DNA of 59,548 bases from Verrucomicrobiia bacterium (GTDB lineage: Bacteria; Verrucomicrobiota; Verrucomicrobiia; Palsa-1439). The notes under the pieces were generated by a model. It did not search any database. It was not told the DNA's origin and worked only from the letters and a program-made list of their open reading frames with translations. Of the stretch, positions 27,017 through 37,219 are shown in pieces. The position numbers and the translations under genes are program-made. Each line of letters opens with the position of its first letter. Positions within the stretch are counted from its first letter, which is position 1. Location of the stretch: assembly GCA_049511095.1 (NCBI GenBank), contig JBEKYJ010000001.1, positions 1 through 59,548 on the forward strand, read 5' to 3'.

Positions 27017-27553
27017 ATGGCGCGGCTCTACGAGTTTTACAAGAAAGACGTGGTGGAACAGCTTATGAAGGGCGGTCGGTACGCCAATCGGATGCAGGTG
27101 CCGAAGGTGGAAAAGGTCGTGGTGAACATGGGCGTAAATGCCAACCACGACAAGGACGTGATCAACGAGGCCCAACAGGAGTTGGCCACGATCACGGGCC
27201 AGAAGGCGCAGGTCACCAAGGCCAAGAAGAGCATCTCGAACTTCAAAGTGCGCGAAGGTATGCCCGTCGGCGCCCGGGTGACGTTGCGGGGTCTGCGCAT
27301 GTACGAGTTTTTGGAGCGGTTTTTCAACGCGGCGTTACCGCGCATCCGCGATTTTCGCGGGATGAATCCTCGTGGATTCGATGGTCGCGGCAGTTACACG
27401 ATGGGTGTGAGGGACCAGACGATTTTCCCCGAGGTCGAACTGGACAAGATCAAGCACAACCTCGGGATGGACGTGACGATTGTGACGACGGCAAGCACCG
27501 ATGCGGAAGCCAAGGAGCTTCTTAAATTGCTCGGCATGCCATTCAGCAGTTAG
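27017..27553 (+). CDS. rplE: 50S ribosomal protein L5
   Basis: 178 aa. Contains [13 protein letters not shown]...DFRG.NP..FDGRG.YT.G.... Confidence 0.97.
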   Translation: MARLYEFYKKDVVEQLMKGGRYANRMQVPKVEKVVVNMGVNANHDKDVINEAQQELATITGQKAQVTKAKKSISNFKVREGMPVGARVTLRGLRMYEFLERFFNAALPRIRDFRGMNPRGFDGRGSYTMGVRDQTIFPEVELDKIKHNLGMDVTIVTTASTDAEAKELLKLLGMPFSS

Positions 27554-27564
27554 GGGATCGAGCT

Positions 27565-27750
27565 ATGGCGAAATTGACCTGGGAAGTGAAGCAGCGGCGG
27601 CCCGCGAAGTTCAAGGCGCGGGCGTATAACCGTTGCCAGAACTGCGGCCGTCGGCGCGCGTATATCCGGCGGTTCAAGATTTGCCGTATTTGCTTCCGCG
27701 AACTGGCCAGCCAGGGCAAGGTGCCTGGCGTGGTGAAGGCGAGCTGGTGA
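27565..27750 (+). CDS. rpsN: 30S ribosomal protein S14, type Z (zinc-binding)
   Basis: 61 aa. Contains [25 protein letters not shown] with the CxxC...CxxC pattern. Confidence 0.95.
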   Translation: MAKLTWEVKQRRPAKFKARAYNRCQNCGRRRAYIRRFKICRICFRELASQGKVPGVVKASW

Positions 27751-27754
27751 TCTG

Positions 27755-28153
27755 ATGAATGTAACGGATTCCATTGGTGACATGCTGACGCGGATTCGCA
27801 ACGGGAACAGCGCGCTCAAGCCGGAGGTGCTTATTCCGTATTCACGCCTCAAGGCGGAGATTGCGAAGGTGCTGAAACGCGAGGGGTACATCGCGGACTT
27901 CTACGCGGAGAAACTGGAGAGCGGCCGGCAGGTGTTGAAGGTTCAGCTCAAGATCGTCGGCAAAGAGCGCGCGATCGTCGGGATCAAGCGCATCAGCCGA
28001 CCGGGACTGCGGCGCTATGTCGGTTCGCAGGATGTTCCGCGCGTGCTCGGGGGGATGGGAATTTCGATTTTGACGACCTCGCGCGGCATCATGACCGGCC
28101 GGGAAGCCAAGAAGGCGAACGTGGGCGGAGAGCTGTTGGCGTACGTGTGGTGA
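27755..28153 (+). CDS. rpsH: 30S ribosomal protein S8
   Basis: 132 aa. Contains DSIGDMLTRIRNGN...GGELLAYVW. Confidence 0.97.
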   Translation: MNVTDSIGDMLTRIRNGNSALKPEVLIPYSRLKAEIAKVLKREGYIADFYAEKLESGRQVLKVQLKIVGKERAIVGIKRISRPGLRRYVGSQDVPRVLGGMGISILTTSRGIMTGREAKKANVGGELLAYVW

Positions 28154-28159
28154 TTCGTT

Positions 28160-28723
28160 ATGTCACGAATTGGCAAACAACCAGTTGAGATTCCGGCCAA
28201 GACCAAGGTCGAGGTGAAGGGGCAAACGGTGCATGTGGAAGGGCCGAAGGGCACGCTGGAATGGACGGTGCCCTCGCCGATCAAGGTCGAGGTGAAGGAA
28301 GGCAAGGTGGTAGCCAGCACCACGCAAATGGATCGCATGGGCAAGTCCCGATGGGGGTTGTCGCGCAGCCTGATTGCCAACATGGTCCGAGGTGTCAACG
28401 AAGGTTACCGGAAGAAGTTGCTGGTCGAAGGCGTGGGTTTCCGCGCCGCGGTGCAAGGGGCGAATTTGCAGATGTCCATCGGGTATTCGCATCCGATCGT
28501 GTTCGCGATTCCGAAAGGCGTGAAAGTCTCGGTGGCGGACACGCAGGACAAGAAACCCGAGATCACGATTGAAGGCCCGGACAAACAGATGGTGGGCGAA
28601 GTGGCGGCCCGGATTCGGCGTTTCTATCCGCCCGAGCCTTACAAGGGCAAGGGAATCCGCTACGTAGGCGAACAAGTACGCCGCAAGGCGGGCAAGACCG
28701 TGACCACGGCGGGCGGCGGTTAA
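28160..28723 (+). CDS. rplF: 50S ribosomal protein L6
   Basis: 187 aa. Contains MSRIGKQPVEIP...PEPYKGKGIRY.GE.V. Confidence 0.97.
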   Translation: MSRIGKQPVEIPAKTKVEVKGQTVHVEGPKGTLEWTVPSPIKVEVKEGKVVASTTQMDRMGKSRWGLSRSLIANMVRGVNEGYRKKLLVEGVGFRAAVQGANLQMSIGYSHPIVFAIPKGVKVSVADTQDKKPEITIEGPDKQMVGEVAARIRRFYPPEPYKGKGIRYVGEQVRRKAGKTVTTAGGG

Positions 28724-28738
28724 TTTGGGTGTTACGTT

Positions 28739-29095
28739 ATGATTCCACGAACCAGAGTTGAGGCGCGATATCGGCGGCACCTCCGGCTGCGGCAGAAAGT
28801 CCGGGGCACGGCGCAGTGTCCCCGGATGAGTGTGTGCATGACGGGCAAACATATCTATGTCCAGTTGATTGATGACGTCAACGGCGTGACGCTGGCCTCA
28901 GCGAATACGACCGCGTCGGACTTGAAGGGTACGAAGGCCACGATCGCGGGCGCGAAGAAGGTTGGCCAGTTGGCCGCGCAACAGGCGCAGGCGAAGAAGA
29001 TCACCGAGGTCGTGTTCGACCGCGGCGGGTTGCGGTATCACGGGCGTGTCAAGGCGTTGGCGGACGCGGCACGCGAAGCAGGATTAAAATTCTAA
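28739..29095 (+). CDS. rplR: 50S ribosomal protein L18
   Basis: 118 aa. Contains [17 protein letters not shown]......[24 protein letters not shown]. Confidence 0.96.
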   Translation: MIPRTRVEARYRRHLRLRQKVRGTAQCPRMSVCMTGKHIYVQLIDDVNGVTLASANTTASDLKGTKATIAGAKKVGQLAAQQAQAKKITEVVFDRGGLRYHGRVKALADAAREAGLKF

Positions 29096-29096
29096 T

Positions 29097-29690
29097 ATGG
29101 CACCTGAGAAGAGACCAAAGATTGCAAAACCTGTTGGGGCCACGGACAAGGAAGCCTCGCCGGTGGCGGTGGTCGAGGAATTGGGAGTCGAGCTGGAGCG
29201 CGGCGGCGGCGAGATCACCGAGAAGGTGGTGTACGTCAACCGTAGCGCGAAGGTCGTGAAGGGCGGACGCCGTTTCCATTTCAGCGCGCTGGTGGTGGCC
29301 GGTGATCGTCGGGGCCGTGTGGGCTGGGGGTTTGGCAAGGCCAACGAAGTGGCGGACGCGATCCGCAAGGGAACCGATCAGGCGAAGAAGGCCCTGGTAT
29401 CGGTGAATTTGAGGAACTCCACGATTCCGCACGAGGTAATGGGCGTGTTCGGCGGCGGGCGCGTGTTGCTAAAGCCCGCGTCGCCCGGCACGGGCGTGAT
29501 TGCGGGCGGGGGCGTTCGCGCGGTCATTGAGGCAGTCGGCGTGCGGGACGTGCTGACGAAGTCGCTGGGTTCGAGCAACGCGGTAAACGTGGTTAAGGCG
29601 ACGATCGACGCGCTGCTGCAACTGCGACCACGTGAAGAGATTTTCCGGGTGCGCGGTATGTCGCGACACCCCGGCGCGGGGGCGAGCTAA
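29097..29690 (+). CDS. rpsE: 30S ribosomal protein S5
   Basis: 197 aa. Contains [40 protein letters not shown]. About 30 aa of N-terminal extension. Confidence 0.97.
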   Translation: MAPEKRPKIAKPVGATDKEASPVAVVEELGVELERGGGEITEKVVYVNRSAKVVKGGRRFHFSALVVAGDRRGRVGWGFGKANEVADAIRKGTDQAKKALVSVNLRNSTIPHEVMGVFGGGRVLLKPASPGTGVIAGGGVRAVIEAVGVRDVLTKSLGSSNAVNVVKATIDALLQLRPREEIFRVRGMSRHPGAGAS

Positions 29691-29691
29691 C

Positions 29692-30213
29692 ATGACCATG
29701 CGATTGCACAATTTGAAGCCCAGGCCGGGGGCGAAGCACCGCACGAAGCGTTTGGGGATTGGCGAGAGTTCGGGGCACGGCAAAACGAGCGGGCGCGGCG
29801 GCAAGGGGCAAACCGCACGGTCGGGCGGCACGATTCGGCTCGGGTTCGAAGGCGGCCAGATGCCGTTGATCCGTCGTATTCCCAAACGCGGGTTCAACAA
29901 TGCGAATTTCCGCACGGCGTACACGATCGTCAACGTCGAGCGGTTGAATGCGTTCGACGACGGCGCGACGGTCACACCGGAGACGCTGGTCGAGGCCGGA
30001 TTGGCGGACAAGAGGTTTTGGGAAGGCGTGAAAGTGCTGGGCAATGGGGAGCTGAAGAAGAAGCTCACGGTCAAGGCGCACCGCTTCAGCGTCTCCGCAC
30101 GCGAAAAGATCACGAAGGCGGGGGGCCAGTGCGAAGAACTGCCGCTGCGCAGCATTCATCACCAGCTCGCGGAGCCGGCGGCCACGGCGAAGACCGCCGC
30201 AGGAGAGAAGTAA
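29692..30213 (+). CDS. rplO: 50S ribosomal protein L15
   Basis: ORF 29632..30213 trimmed to the ATG at 29692 (alternative at 29698), directly after the rpsE TAA. Contains [41 protein letters not shown]. Confidence 0.95.
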   Translation: MTMRLHNLKPRPGAKHRTKRLGIGESSGHGKTSGRGGKGQTARSGGTIRLGFEGGQMPLIRRIPKRGFNNANFRTAYTIVNVERLNAFDDGATVTPETLVEAGLADKRFWEGVKVLGNGELKKKLTVKAHRFSVSAREKITKAGGQCEELPLRSIHHQLAEPAATAKTAAGEK

Positions 30214-30236
30214 CGGGCGATCTTTGACAACCTATT

Positions 30237-31583
30237 ATGTTCTCCGCATTCCTTAACTGTTGGAAAATCCCCGAACTGCGGCGCCGGATTCTGTTCACGC
30301 TGGCCATGGTGGCCATCGCTCGGCTGGGCGCAAATATTCCGTGCCCGGGAGTCAATCCCACCGAACTGAACCAGTACATGGAGCGGGTCCAGCAGAACGT
30401 CGGCGGCAGCATCATCGGATTGGCGAATATGTTGACCGGCGGCGCGCTGCAGCAATGCGCGGTGTTTGCGCTTGGCGTGATGCCCTATATCAGCGCGTCC
30501 ATCATCATGATGCTGATGACGGCGCTGATTCCTTCCTTGGAGCGGCTGAAGCAGGAAGGCGAGCCGGGGCGCGCCAAGATCATCCAGTATTCGCGCTACA
30601 TGACCGTGGGCTTGTGTATCCTCCAAGGGTGGCTGGCGGCCAAGGCCTTTGAGCATCCCGGGCAGCTCTTCCCCGGGTTCAGCGGGATTCTGGTGATCAA
30701 TCCGGGAGTCGCCTTTGAGATCCTGACGGTGATTACGATCACCAGCGGGACGATTCTACTGATGTGGATTGGTGAACAGATTACGGAGCGCGGAATTGGC
30801 AACGGGATGTCGATTATCATCACGGTGGGCATTGTCGACCGGTTGCCGCGGGCGATCCTGTTCACCTGGCGGCTGTTCGTCGGGCCCGAGAGCAAATTCA
30901 ATGTTCTGCACGCGGTGTTTTTGCTGGTGATGGCGGTGGTGGTGACGGCAGCGGTGATTGCGGTCACCGAATCGCAGCGGAAGATTCCCGTGCAGTATGC
31001 AAAACGGATGGTCGGGCGGAAAATGCTGGGCGGCGGCCAGACATTCATGCCGCTGAAGATCAACTATTCCGGCGTGATGCCGATTATTTTTGCGCAGGCG
31101 ATCCTGCTATTCCCCGCGAAACTCTTTTCCATGTTGCAGATGCCCCTATTTCAGAACATGTCGCGGAGACTGACCGAGGGCCAGTGGCTGCATCTGGCGC
31201 TGTACGGCTTGATGATTCTGTTCTTCTCGTATTTCTGGGTGGCGACCCAATTCAACCCGTTGCAGATTGCGGATGATTTGAAGAAGTACGGTGGGTACGT
31301 CCCCGGGATTCGGCCGGGTCGACCGACGGCGGAGTATCTGGATCATGTGATGACGCGGATTACATTGGCCGGGGCGCTGTTCTTGACGATCGTCGCGGTG
31401 ATTCCGTACATTTTGTCACAGAACATGGGCCTGCCGTATTTGACGGCAAGTTTCTTCGGCGGAACGAGCCTGCTGATTACGGTCGGGGTGATGCTGGATA
31501 CCATGCGCCAAGTCGAGTCGCATCTGGTGATGCGGCATTACGACGGCTTTTTGCGCAAGGGGCGGCTGCGAGGCCGCCGCTGA
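30237..31583 (+). CDS. secY: Preprotein translocase subunit SecY
   Basis: 448 aa, polytopic membrane protein. Contains IPELRRRILFTLAMVAIARLGANIPCPG...LFALGVMPYISASII. Confidence 0.98.
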   Translation: MFSAFLNCWKIPELRRRILFTLAMVAIARLGANIPCPGVNPTELNQYMERVQQNVGGSIIGLANMLTGGALQQCAVFALGVMPYISASIIMMLMTALIPSLERLKQEGEPGRAKIIQYSRYMTVGLCILQGWLAAKAFEHPGQLFPGFSGILVINPGVAFEILTVITITSGTILLMWIGEQITERGIGNGMSIIITVGIVDRLPRAILFTWRLFVGPESKFNVLHAVFLLVMAVVVTAAVIAVTESQRKIPVQYAKRMVGRKMLGGGQTFMPLKINYSGVMPIIFAQAILLFPAKLFSMLQMPLFQNMSRRLTEGQWLHLALYGLMILFFSYFWVATQFNPLQIADDLKKYGGYVPGIRPGRPTAEYLDHVMTRITLAGALFLTIVAVIPYILSQNMGLPYLTASFFGGTSLLITVGVMLDTMRQVESHLVMRHYDGFLRKGRLRGRR

Positions 31584-31602
31584 CGGTGACGGGAGGGTGA
31601 CA

Positions 31603-32256
31603 ATGGGTCACCACCGCATGGTGTTTTTGGGGCCGCCGGCATCGGGCAAGGGAACGGCGGCGATGGCATTGAGCGCGGCGCTGGGTGTGCCGCACGTGTC
31701 GACGGGGCAAATGTTCCGGGCGGCGATCCGCAAGGGCGGCTCGGTCGGCGAGGCGGCGAAGCAGTTCATTGACAAAGGGCAGTTGGTGCCCGACGACATC
31801 ACGGTAGAGGTCGTGCGGCTGTGGCTGGATGAACACGGGCGCGACTGCGGATTCATCTTCGATGGGTTCCCGCGCACGCGGGCCCAGGCGGAGGCGTTTG
31901 ACCGGCTGCTGGAGGAGAAGGGTCTGACGGTAACGGCGGCGGTCCTGCTGGACGCGAGTGAGGGCGACATCGTCGAACGCGTGCTGGGACGACTCAGTTG
32001 CGAAAAGTGCGGCGCGCTGTATCATCGGGAATTCGTGGCCCCGCGACGGCCCGGTGTGTGCGACCGATGCGGCGGCAAGCTGGCACGGCGCGCGGACGAC
32101 ACGGCGGAGACCGTGCGGAAGCGGCTTGATATTTACCGTGAACTGACGCTGGACGTGGTGAAGCACTACGAACGAGCGGGAATTCTGAGGCGCGTGGACG
32201 CCGGGCAGTCGAAGGACAGAGTGTTCGCGGACATCGCGGAGTTATTGAAATCGTGA
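31603..32256 (+). CDS. adk: Adenylate kinase (zinc-lid type)
   Basis: P-loop GPPASGKGT and a CEKCG...CDRCG lid. The ATG at 31603 lies 5 nt after GGGAGGG. The ORF track offers GTG 31597, and ATG 31618 is also possible. Confidence 0.93.
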   Translation: MGHHRMVFLGPPASGKGTAAMALSAALGVPHVSTGQMFRAAIRKGGSVGEAAKQFIDKGQLVPDDITVEVVRLWLDEHGRDCGFIFDGFPRTRAQAEAFDRLLEEKGLTVTAAVLLDASEGDIVERVLGRLSCEKCGALYHREFVAPRRPGVCDRCGGKLARRADDTAETVRKRLDIYRELTLDVVKHYERAGILRRVDAGQSKDRVFADIAELLKS

Positions 32257-33029
32257 TCATCATCAAGACGCCAGATGAGATTAAGCGGATGCGGGTCGCG
32301 TGTAACGCGGCCGCGGAGATACTGGCGGGGGTGGCGCATGAGGTTCAGCCCGGACGCACGACCGGGGAACTCAATGAAGTTGCGGCGGGGTTGATCGCAA
32401 AGTTCGGTGGAAAGAGTCCGTTCCTCGGGTACAAGGGGTATCCCGGGCACATCTGCGTGTCCGTGAACGAGGAAGTCGTGCACGGGATCCCGAGCAAGCG
32501 TCGGGTGCAGTATGGCGACATTGTCAGTCTGGATGTGGGAATCATAGTGAATGGATTTGTGGGTGACAACGCGACGACGGTCGCCGTGGGGGTGGTCGAG
32601 GCGCGGACGCAGCAGTTGCTGCGGGTGACCGAGCGGGCGTTGTACGCAGGGATTGCGGCGGCGCGCGCGGGGAATCGAGTGGGCGATATTTCGAGCGCGG
32701 TGCAGACGATGGTTGAGTCAGAGGGGTTTTCGGTGGTTCGGGAGTTTGTGGGACACGGAGTCGGGCGGAAGATGCACGAGGAGCCGCAGATTCCCAACTA
32801 CGGTCGGGCCGGAGACGGGCCGAAGTTGAAGCCGGGAATGACCCTGGCAATTGAGCCGATGATCAATGCCGGCACGAGCGATGTGGTGATGTTGAGCGAT
32901 GGTTGGACCGTGGTATCGGCCGACAGCGCGCCGAGCGCGCACTTTGAGCACACGGTACTCGTAACGGATGCGGATGCAGAGATTTTGACGTGGCTAAGGA
33001 AGAGCCCATACGAGTCGAAGGCACGGTAG
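32253..33029 (+). CDS. map: Type I methionine aminopeptidase
   Basis: 258 aa. Contains [11 protein letters not shown]...metal ligands D..D..H..E..E pattern...HFEHTVLVT. The GTG start overlaps the adk TGA. Confidence 0.95.
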   Translation: MIIIKTPDEIKRMRVACNAAAEILAGVAHEVQPGRTTGELNEVAAGLIAKFGGKSPFLGYKGYPGHICVSVNEEVVHGIPSKRRVQYGDIVSLDVGIIVNGFVGDNATTVAVGVVEARTQQLLRVTERALYAGIAAARAGNRVGDISSAVQTMVESEGFSVVREFVGHGVGRKMHEEPQIPNYGRAGDGPKLKPGMTLAIEPMINAGTSDVVMLSDGWTVVSADSAPSAHFEHTVLVTDADAEILTWLRKSPYESKAR

Positions 33030-33214
33030 TTGAATTGCTGCCGAACACGATGTTTCGGGTGGAGTTACCGAATAAACATCGGATTCTGGCGCATGTTTCG
33101 GGTAAGATGCGTTTGCATTTTATTCGGCTGTTGCCCGGCGACAAGGTGATGATCGAGATGTCACCGTACGATTTGAGCAAAGGCCGGATTACATTTCGGC
33201 AGAAAGAGCCGTAG
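32990..33214 (+). CDS. infA: Translation initiation factor IF-1
   Basis: 74 aa, (GTG)[36 protein letters not shown]. The conserved MAKE N-terminus fixes the start at 32990, 40 nt inside map. Confidence 0.95.
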   Translation: MAKEEPIRVEGTVVELLPNTMFRVELPNKHRILAHVSGKMRLHFIRLLPGDKVMIEMSPYDLSKGRITFRQKEP

Positions 33215-33229
33215 GGAAGCAGGACCGAT

Positions 33230-33343
33230 ATGAAAGTGAAACCTTCCGTAAAACGGTTGTGCGAACGCTGCAAGGTTGTGCGGCGAAAGGGAGTGGTGCG
33301 CGTGATCTGCACCAACCCGCGCCACAAACAACGCCAAGGGTAG
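33230..33343 (+). CDS. rpmJ: 50S ribosomal protein L36
   Basis: Hand-translated 37 aa, too short for the ORF track: [37 protein letters not shown]. Confidence 0.93.
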   Translation: MKVKPSVKRLCERCKVVRRKGVVRVICTNPRHKQRQG

Positions 33344-33356
33344 AAGAGGTATCGTT

Positions 33357-33746
33357 ATGGCACGCTTGATTGGTGTGGAAGTACCGGACCAAAAGAAGAT
33401 CGGGATTGCGCTCCGATACATTTATGGCATCGGCCCGACGACGGCGCTCCAGGTTTGTGAAAAGGCGAGCGTGGATCCGAATGTGCGGGCGAAGGACCTG
33501 AACGACGAACAACTGTCGCATTTGACGACGGTACTGCAGGGCTTTCGCATCGAGGGCGATCTGCGGCGCGAAGTGCAGACGAACATCAAACGGTTGATGA
33601 GCGTCAATTGTTACCGCGGCCTGCGACACAAGAAGGGCCTGCCCGTTCGCGGTCAGCGGACTTCGACGAACGCGCGCACGCGCAAAGGGCCGCGCAAGAC
33701 GGTCGGCGTCGTTCGCGCCAAGGAAACGAAAACCGCCAAGGTCTGA
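33357..33746 (+). CDS. rpsM: 30S ribosomal protein S13
   Basis: 129 aa. Contains [11 protein letters not shown]....AL.YIYGIG... Confidence 0.97.
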   Translation: MARLIGVEVPDQKKIGIALRYIYGIGPTTALQVCEKASVDPNVRAKDLNDEQLSHLTTVLQGFRIEGDLRREVQTNIKRLMSVNCYRGLRHKKGLPVRGQRTSTNARTRKGPRKTVGVVRAKETKTAKV

Positions 33747-33775
33747 TTGCATGGTCAATGATTTGAAGGAGCACG

Positions 33776-34354
33776 ATGGCTAAGGAAGCACCGAAGAAAT
33801 CCGAGGAATCGAAGGCGAAGGAACCGAAAGCGAAGTCGCCGAAGGCCAAACCAGCGGCGGCGGAGACAGTTGTGGCACCGGCAAAGACGGAAGCGCCGGG
33901 AGCGGTTGCCGCCGCACCGGCAGCGCCGACCGTCCCGACGACAGCCGCCGAAGCGTTGGCCGAAGGAGAAGTCGCCAAGAAGGTTATCAAGGCCAAGCAC
34001 AGCAAGAACGTCTTTCAAGGGATCGCCCATATCATGGCCACGTTCAACAACACGGTCGTGTCGATCACGGATTTGAAGGGCAAGGTAATCGGCTGGTCAA
34101 GCGCGGGCCGTGTCGGTTTCAAAGGTTCGCGCAAGAGCACGGCGTACGCGGCGCAGTTGGTCGCGCAGGATGCCGCGCGACAGAGCATGGCGCACGGCTT
34201 GAAGGAAATCGAGGTGTGGGTGAAGGGGCCGGGCAGCGGGCGCGAAGCGGCGATCCGTGCGTTGCAGGCGATCGGGTTGGACATCACCGTGATCAAAGAC
34301 GTGACACCGGTCCCGCACAACGGTTGTCGGCCGCCGAAGCGTCGCCGCGTGTAG
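33776..34354 (+). CDS. rpsK: 30S ribosomal protein S11 with a ~60-aa Lys/Ala/Pro/Glu-rich N-terminal extension
   Basis: 192 aa. The conserved S11 core starts near [18 protein letters not shown] and ends with the typical ...[16 protein letters not shown]. Confidence 0.95.
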   Translation: MAKEAPKKSEESKAKEPKAKSPKAKPAAAETVVAPAKTEAPGAVAAAPAAPTVPTTAAEALAEGEVAKKVIKAKHSKNVFQGIAHIMATFNNTVVSITDLKGKVIGWSSAGRVGFKGSRKSTAYAAQLVAQDAARQSMAHGLKEIEVWVKGPGSGREAAIRALQAIGLDITVIKDVTPVPHNGCRPPKRRRV

Positions 34355-34372
34355 TCAGGAGATTTCGTAACC

Positions 34373-34984
34373 ATGGCACGATATAAAGGACCACGAGTTC
34401 GCATCAGTCGCCGATTCGGCATGCCGATTTTCGGCCCGTCGAAGTATCTGGAGCGCCGCGCCTATCCGCCGGGCGTGCACGGCCCGAAGAAGTCCCGTCG
34501 CAAACAGAGCGAGTACGGCGTGGGGTTGGCGGAGAAGCAGAAGTTGCGGTACCAATACGGTTTGATGGAGGCGCAATTCCGGCGGATGTTCGAGAAGGCG
34601 TTGAAGAAGCGCGGTGTCACGGGCGAAACGTTGCTGCAATTACTGGAGACCCGGCTTGACAACGTCGTGTTCCGCATTGGGTTTGCGACGACGCGTCCGT
34701 TTGCGCGGCAGATGGTCACGCACGGGCATATCCGGGTCAACGGTCGGAAGGTTTCGTCGCCCTCGTTCAATGTGAAGGCGGGCGACGTCGTCGAAATCCG
34801 CGAGACCGCCGCGACACGCCAGTTGGCGACCAAGAGCCTGGAATCGGCGCAGATTCGGCCCGTGCCGGACTGGATCACGTTTAACCGGGAGGCGCTACGG
34901 GCGCAGATTGCGCGTATTCCGTCGCGGGATGACATTCAGCCAATGGTCAACGAGCAGTTAATCGTCGAATTTTATTCTAGATAA
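34373..34984 (+). CDS. rpsD: 30S ribosomal protein S4
   Basis: 203 aa. Starts MARYKGPRVRISRRFG and has an S4 RNA-binding domain. Confidence 0.97.
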   Translation: MARYKGPRVRISRRFGMPIFGPSKYLERRAYPPGVHGPKKSRRKQSEYGVGLAEKQKLRYQYGLMEAQFRRMFEKALKKRGVTGETLLQLLETRLDNVVFRIGFATTRPFARQMVTHGHIRVNGRKVSSPSFNVKAGDVVEIRETAATRQLATKSLESAQIRPVPDWITFNREALRAQIARIPSRDDIQPMVNEQLIVEFYSR

Positions 34985-35074
34985 CCAGAATCTGCGTCCG
35001 ATTCCGGACGCAACAACGAGCCGTCGGTCCGCGTTTCTAGGGCGCGGGAAACCCGGTTCACAGGAGAGTTCGCC

Positions 35075-36124
35075 ATGCCAGTTCGACTAGGTCGATTTGA
35101 AATGCCCAAGCGGTTGACGCGGGATGACGCCAGCGCGACGCCGACGTATGCCAAGTTTGTGGCCGAGCCGCTCGAAGCGGGATACGGACATACGATTGGC
35201 AACTCATTGCGACGCGTGTTGCTCAGTTCGCTTGAAGGCGCGAGCATCAGTTCCGTCAAGATCGAAGGGGCTCCCCACGAGTTTACGAGCATCCCCGGCG
35301 TCGTCGAGGACGTGACCGACATTGTGCTCAACCTGAAGAAAGTGTTGCTGAAATCGCACAGCCGCGAGGCGCACGTCGTGTATCTCACGGCCAATAAGGA
35401 AGGGGCGGTAACGGCGGCGGACATCAAGAGCGACCAGGTGGTGGAGGTGCTCAACCCCGACCAGCACATCTGTACGCTGGACAAGAAGATGCACTTCGAA
35501 ATCGAGTTGGAAATCAAGGTCGGTCGCGGCTTCTGTCCGGCCGAGGAGAACAAGAAGCTGGAGCAGCCGATCGGGGTGATCGCGATTGACTCGTTGTTTT
35601 CGCCGGTACGCCGCGTGCGCTACAGCATCGAGGACACCCGCGTCGGGCAGCGTACGGATTACGACAAGCTGATCATTGAGGTCTGGACCGACGGGCGCAT
35701 AACGCCGGAAGACGCCATGGTACAGTCGGCGAACATTCTCCGTCATCACCTCGATGTCTTCTGCGATTACGACAAGAACATCGTGATCGAGTTCGAAGAG
35801 GCGGGCGAGAAGGTAAGCGCCGAGCAGGCGAAGTTGAAGAAGGTCTTGAACATGAGCGTCAACGAGATTGAACTCAGCGTCCGCGCAGCGAATTGCCTGA
35901 ACAACGCCAATATCACGACCGTTGGTCAACTGGCGATGAAGACCGAGCAGGAGATGCTGAAGTACCGCAACTTCGGCAAGAAGTCACTCAACGAGATCAA
36001 GGAGAAGCTCTCCGCGCTCGGCTTGGCGCTGGGTATGAAGTTTGATGCGACGTTGCTCGAAACGCCGGATGTGAACAAGGGTGTGGACGCGGTCCTGGCG
36101 GGCCCGGCACCCGCGCTGGAGTAA
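35075..36124 (+). CDS. rpoA: DNA-directed RNA polymerase subunit alpha
   Basis: 349 aa. N-terminal dimerisation domain (GYGHTIGNSLRRVLLSS) and a C-terminal domain with ELSVRAANCL.N.NI.TVG.L. Confidence 0.97.
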   Translation: MPVRLGRFEMPKRLTRDDASATPTYAKFVAEPLEAGYGHTIGNSLRRVLLSSLEGASISSVKIEGAPHEFTSIPGVVEDVTDIVLNLKKVLLKSHSREAHVVYLTANKEGAVTAADIKSDQVVEVLNPDQHICTLDKKMHFEIELEIKVGRGFCPAEENKKLEQPIGVIAIDSLFSPVRRVRYSIEDTRVGQRTDYDKLIIEVWTDGRITPEDAMVQSANILRHHLDVFCDYDKNIVIEFEEAGEKVSAEQAKLKKVLNMSVNEIELSVRAANCLNNANITTVGQLAMKTEQEMLKYRNFGKKSLNEIKEKLSALGLALGMKFDATLLETPDVNKGVDAVLAGPAPALE

Positions 36125-36155
36125 GAATCAGGCGGACATAAAAGGACATCACGCC

Positions 36156-36635
36156 ATGCGACATCGTAAACGCACAGCCAAACTGGGGATGAAATCCCAG
36201 CATCGGCGCTCCACACTGGCCAATCTCGTGTGCAGCCTGATCGAACACAGCCGCATCACGACGACGATTGCCAAGGCGAAAGTGGCGCGTCGCTATGCCG
36301 ACAAGATGGTCACGCTGGCCAAGAAAGGCACGCTGCACCACCGCCGCCGAGCGGTGGCATTCCTGCGTCACAAGCCGGCGGTCGCCAAGCTGTTTGCTGA
36401 AATTGGCAAACAGCACGGAGACCGCAATGGCGGATATACGCGCATCGTACGCGTCGGCCAACGCATGGGCGACGCGGCCGAGATGGCCATTCTCGAATGG
36501 ACCGGCGCCGTTACCGCGGCGCCTGAGCCTGAGCCGGAGAAGAAGGCCGAAGAACCCAAGTCGAAAGAGACGAAGGCTCCCAAGGCCAAGAAGAAGGTTG
36601 CCGAGAAGAAAGAGGAAAGCGCGGCTTCGACCTAA
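36156..36635 (+). CDS. rplQ: 50S ribosomal protein L17 with a Lys/Glu-rich C-terminal tail
   Basis: ORF 36081..36635 trimmed to the ATG at 36156, giving MRHRKRTAKLGMKSQHRRSTLANL.... Confidence 0.95.
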   Translation: MRHRKRTAKLGMKSQHRRSTLANLVCSLIEHSRITTTIAKAKVARRYADKMVTLAKKGTLHHRRRAVAFLRHKPAVAKLFAEIGKQHGDRNGGYTRIVRVGQRMGDAAEMAILEWTGAVTAAPEPEPEKKAEEPKSKETKAPKAKKKVAEKKEESAAST

Positions 36636-36758
36636 GACGCTTCCGCTACGACGATCACCGACGCGGCTTCCTTGACCGAGGAGGCCGTTGTCATTTCGGG
36701 ATGCAGGCTGCCTGGCGGGGTCTGGCGGAAAGGCAGTCGAGCCACGGTTCCAGTCGGC

Positions 36759-37139
36759 TCAAATGTGGCGGCTATCGTGCTCGTCCTTGGTGTGGTAGCC
36801 GGTATCCTGACGGGAGAGGTTAACCTGGTGTTTCTTGGCGTAGGCTTCGTAGAAGTCGGCGGGGGTCATCTCGAGGACTTGGGCGATGGAGATGAGGAAG
36901 TGCAGCAAATCAATGACTTCCACGCGGGCGTTCTGCTTGTCGAACTTCTGGTATTTCGCCCACCACTTCCAGGGAACGCTATCGGTGAGCTCCGCGACTT
37001 CTTGGGTCATGGCGCGGCAATAGTTAAGGACCCATTGCTGGCGCTGTTCATCGGTCATGTTGGCGGTGTCCACGCCGATGCGTTTGTTGAGTTGCTCCTG
37101 CAGGCGAAAGATCTCATCCAGTTTGTCGGGTGCGCTCAT
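36759..37139 (-). CDS. All-alpha NTP pyrophosphohydrolase, dimeric dUTPase-like (dUTPase_2/MazG superfamily)
   Basis: ORF 36759..37184 trimmed to MSAPDKLDEIFRLQEQLNKRIG.... The block EVAELTDSVPWKWWAKYQKFD...EVIDLLHFLISIA resembles the metal-binding helices of dimeric dUTPases. The assignment is from memory of the family, not from a search. The opposite-strand ORF 36672..37223 looks like antisense noise. Confidence 0.5.
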   Translation of the reverse strand: MSAPDKLDEIFRLQEQLNKRIGVDTANMTDEQRQQWVLNYCRAMTQEVAELTDSVPWKWWAKYQKFDKQNARVEVIDLLHFLISIAQVLEMTPADFYEAYAKKHQVNLSRQDTGYHTKDEHDSRHI

Positions 37140-37219
37140 AGTAAAGGGTTGGCGTATTATCGAGATATAGTGGTGAAAAAGCACTGCTTTTCTGCTATAA
37201 GTAACTGCGTGGTCGGTCT

